A stretch of 56,860 nucleotides of DNA from Perkinsus olseni (Eukaryota). Positions 54,200 to 56,860 of the stretch are shown in pieces. The notes below the pieces were generated by a model. The model worked only from the letters and a program-made list of their open reading frames with translations. It was not told the origin of the DNA and searched no databases. The stretch spans positions 1 through 56,860 of the forward strand of contig JABANN010000175.1 in assembly GCA_013115125.1 (NCBI GenBank), in the 5' to 3' direction. The translations under genes and the position numbers were made by a program. The number at the start of each line of letters is the position of its first letter. Positions within the stretch are counted from its first letter, which is position 1.

Positions 54200-56842
54200 A
54201 ATTCAAATCATGTTTATGACGTGATACCCCTCTACCTCCCACAGAGGGCTCTTTCCTGACACTCAAAGGCTAAGACGACTCGTACAGGGAGAGGCCGCCG
54301 CCGGCGCCCACCTCCTCAGACTGCACCGTCCCTTTAGGGAGGAACTCGAACAGCTCCGCTCCATACTCCGCCAGCAGCCTCTTACGCTCTTCCGCTATCA
54401 CCTACAACATGGCCCTTCCAATGGCAGCCGAGAGCCCAGGCCCATCCACCTCCTTCCGAACGGAATCAAACTTGAGCAGCTCCTCATGCTCCTTCCGCTC
54501 CTTCTCCCTCTCCGCATCAAAACGCTTCTTCCTCTCCTCCACCAGACTACCATCAACCACCGTGACCGCTGCGCCCCGGAATTCCCAACCCTACCGATCC
54601 ACCTCCCGCTTGTGCTCCAATACCTTCATACGCCTCCTCTGGTCGTTCATCTGCTCTATCTTAGCATCCTACCGACCACAACCCTCCACCCAACACCCAG
54701 CACCCATCCCCACCTTGGCAAACTTAGCCATCAGCTCCTCTCGGAACCGGGCCTCCTGAGCCTCCTCCTCCTGCCTCTTCTTCTGCAACACTGACACCTT
54801 TCAACAGACGCCAACTTCCCTAATATAACCTCCTTAAGCTCCATCTGATACTCATAGGCTGCCAGCATCTCCTCTCGGTCCTTCGCCCTCTTCGCTGCTT
54901 CCGCCTACCACTCCAAAAGAATCGTCAAATCACAGCCTATCACCCCACCTTCTCCCTCTCCCGATTCTTCTTCTCCAGCTCCTCCCAAAACAGTTCATTC
55001 CTGTAATACTCCAACTCAGCGTCTTTGGACGCCTTCGCGGCTTGGTCAGCTGCACGGCCATAGCTCCGGTCCTCATTCCCCCCATGAACCCCCTACCCAT
55101 CATCCTCTCCAATATACGCTTCTTCTCCTTCTCCGTCGCTGCTTTCTCTGCGTCCAACCTGAGGTAGTAATCAGTAGCGCTAAATCGGATATTCAATAAC
55201 TATAAGGGGCACAATAGTAGTGAATCGATATCTGTTCTGAAACCAACATGACCCGAAACAACGAACTACCATCCACGAACTCAGAAAGGCACAAAGCCGC
55301 ACTCAGTAGGATCAAGTGCTTGTACACCGCCTGGACCCTTTCATGCTTGTTCGTACAGATTCCACACGAGGAGAAGAAAAACACACAATACGAGAGATTC
55401 TCACCTTTCCTCCATCTCCCTCTTGGCCCGCGCATAAGCCTCTATTCTTGCCTCTTCCGCTCTGTCAGCAGCTTGCTGTTGTCGACGAAGTCTAACATAC
55501 ATCTTGCGATCTTGCATTTCCTTCACGCTCCAACCTCGCAGCTTCCTCCGCGAAGTCCTTCAACTGCTTCTGAGTGTCCAGCTGCTGCTGTCGTCTCCGC
55601 TGCATCGCCTCCAGCTCCTCCTACATGCCAAACCTCTCAAAGCTCCTTCCCCCTACCAAAGACTACCCCACCAACTAGGATCATACCACTATTAACATAG
55701 TTAATACTTCCGAAACACAACAATTCTAGCGGATCCATGCAGCAGTAGTACCTGTTGACACTTCCTCACCACAGCATCCACCTGCGCCTTCTCTCGAAGA
55801 TGCTCTTGTAAGGCCTGAATGGAAGGTGAGTGTAGCAGCCCCACCCTACGGTATTACGATGTCCCGCTGCTGCTCCTTCTCAGCGATCTGCTGTTGTTGT
55901 AGGTCCTTTGCATACTGCCTCTTCTCGTGCTGAACGAAAAGTACACAAATCCTAGCGGAGCGAAGCAACGACAGCCCACAACCTACCACTGTATACTCCT
56001 TCAACTTCTCCTTCTCCAAGTCCTTCAATCGTTCTAAAGCATACCAATCCCTCCTACCCCGACTCTCTCCCTTATACCAATTTCCAGCTGAGTTTCCAAA
56101 AGCTCCTCCTGTCGTCGCTGTTCCTGCGCCCTGTACTCCATATCAAGAAGCTGAACCGCCCTCTCCCGGTTAACCTAACGATCCCTCTACCTCCCAACCA
56201 ACAACCACTCCCCTACCTTAGCCTGCTCTATTCTCTCCCTCAACTGCCTCAGCTCATCACTCTCCTCACATATTTGCCGCCTCAGTTGCTCCTCCCGCAC
56301 TGCTCTTGCCTGCCTCGCCTCCAACTCATCCGCTGCTGCTTGCTCCATTGCCATTATCTAACACCATCAAGCGGCTTCCTACCTCCTCAACACCTGGACG
56401 GACCCGCTGACACGCTGAAGAAGCCTCTCAGAAATGCGAAAAATGCCGAAAACAGAATACGGTCTCAAGGAGGATCACGCGTTACGAATATCAGCAACCA
56501 GCAGACACCACCGTTCTCTTGGTCTCCTTATGGGCAGCCTCCGCTAGGTACTCCGCATCAGCGGTCCTCTCCCTAGCCATCTCTTCTTGCCTGAGAATCT
56601 CTATTCAACCTAGCAACACTGATCAGCCACTACTCTCTTTTCCAGCGCTTCAGCTCCACCCTCTTGTCGCTCTTACTATGCCCTCCTGCGGCAGAGGACA
56701 GATAGTTCCTCCACTCCCCCTCACTACTATTCCCACCTAATATCAGCTGGTCTTTCAACATCCTACCCAGAGACTCATTCCTCGCCTCCCCCTCTCTGAA
56801 CTTGACCAGCTCTCTCTCCCTGTACCGTCGTAGCTGTGCCAT
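54200..56842 (-). CDS. MNS1: MNS1-like (TPH-domain) coiled-coil axonemal protein, multi-exon
   Basis: QICEESDELRQLRE...AKVNRERAVQ and C-terminal EERKRLLAEYGAELFEFLPKG. E/R/K-rich. The 3' end is approximate. Confidence 0.75.
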
Positions 56843-56860
56843 AGCGAGTCGACGTACAAC

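Overview
Gene-dense eukaryotic nuclear DNA with many short (about 40-80 nt) GT-AG introns. The gene content (apicomplexan-type COX6B, an ATPTG8-like twin-CX9C protein, flagellar MNS1) points to a myzozoan alveolate, most likely Perkinsus (inference). 1-13.4 kb is an accessory, duplication-shaped block: scrambled SSU/LSU rRNA fragments, three intronless paralogs of an unknown secreted protein (one a pseudogene), and three one-intron 14-3-3 genes, the middle one a mosaic of the other two. 14-28 kb holds a RanBP2 zinc-finger gene, RAD18-like, PP2A B', MOB, a probable retroelement relic and an intronless aldolase. 28-35 kb is a + strand gene run (COX6B, EF-hand genes, epsilon-COP). 36-56.8 kb is an unbroken - strand run (RPN1, uS15m, ELMO-domain, ABC-F, SH3, RING, LRR-like, ATPTG8-like, MNS1). 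The most striking unexplained signal is a 12-mer, GCGGAGCGAAGC, seen exactly 8 times in both orientations, mostly inside short introns. All family calls come from recalled motifs, not database searches. Spliced CDS are given as outer spans and some ends are approximate.
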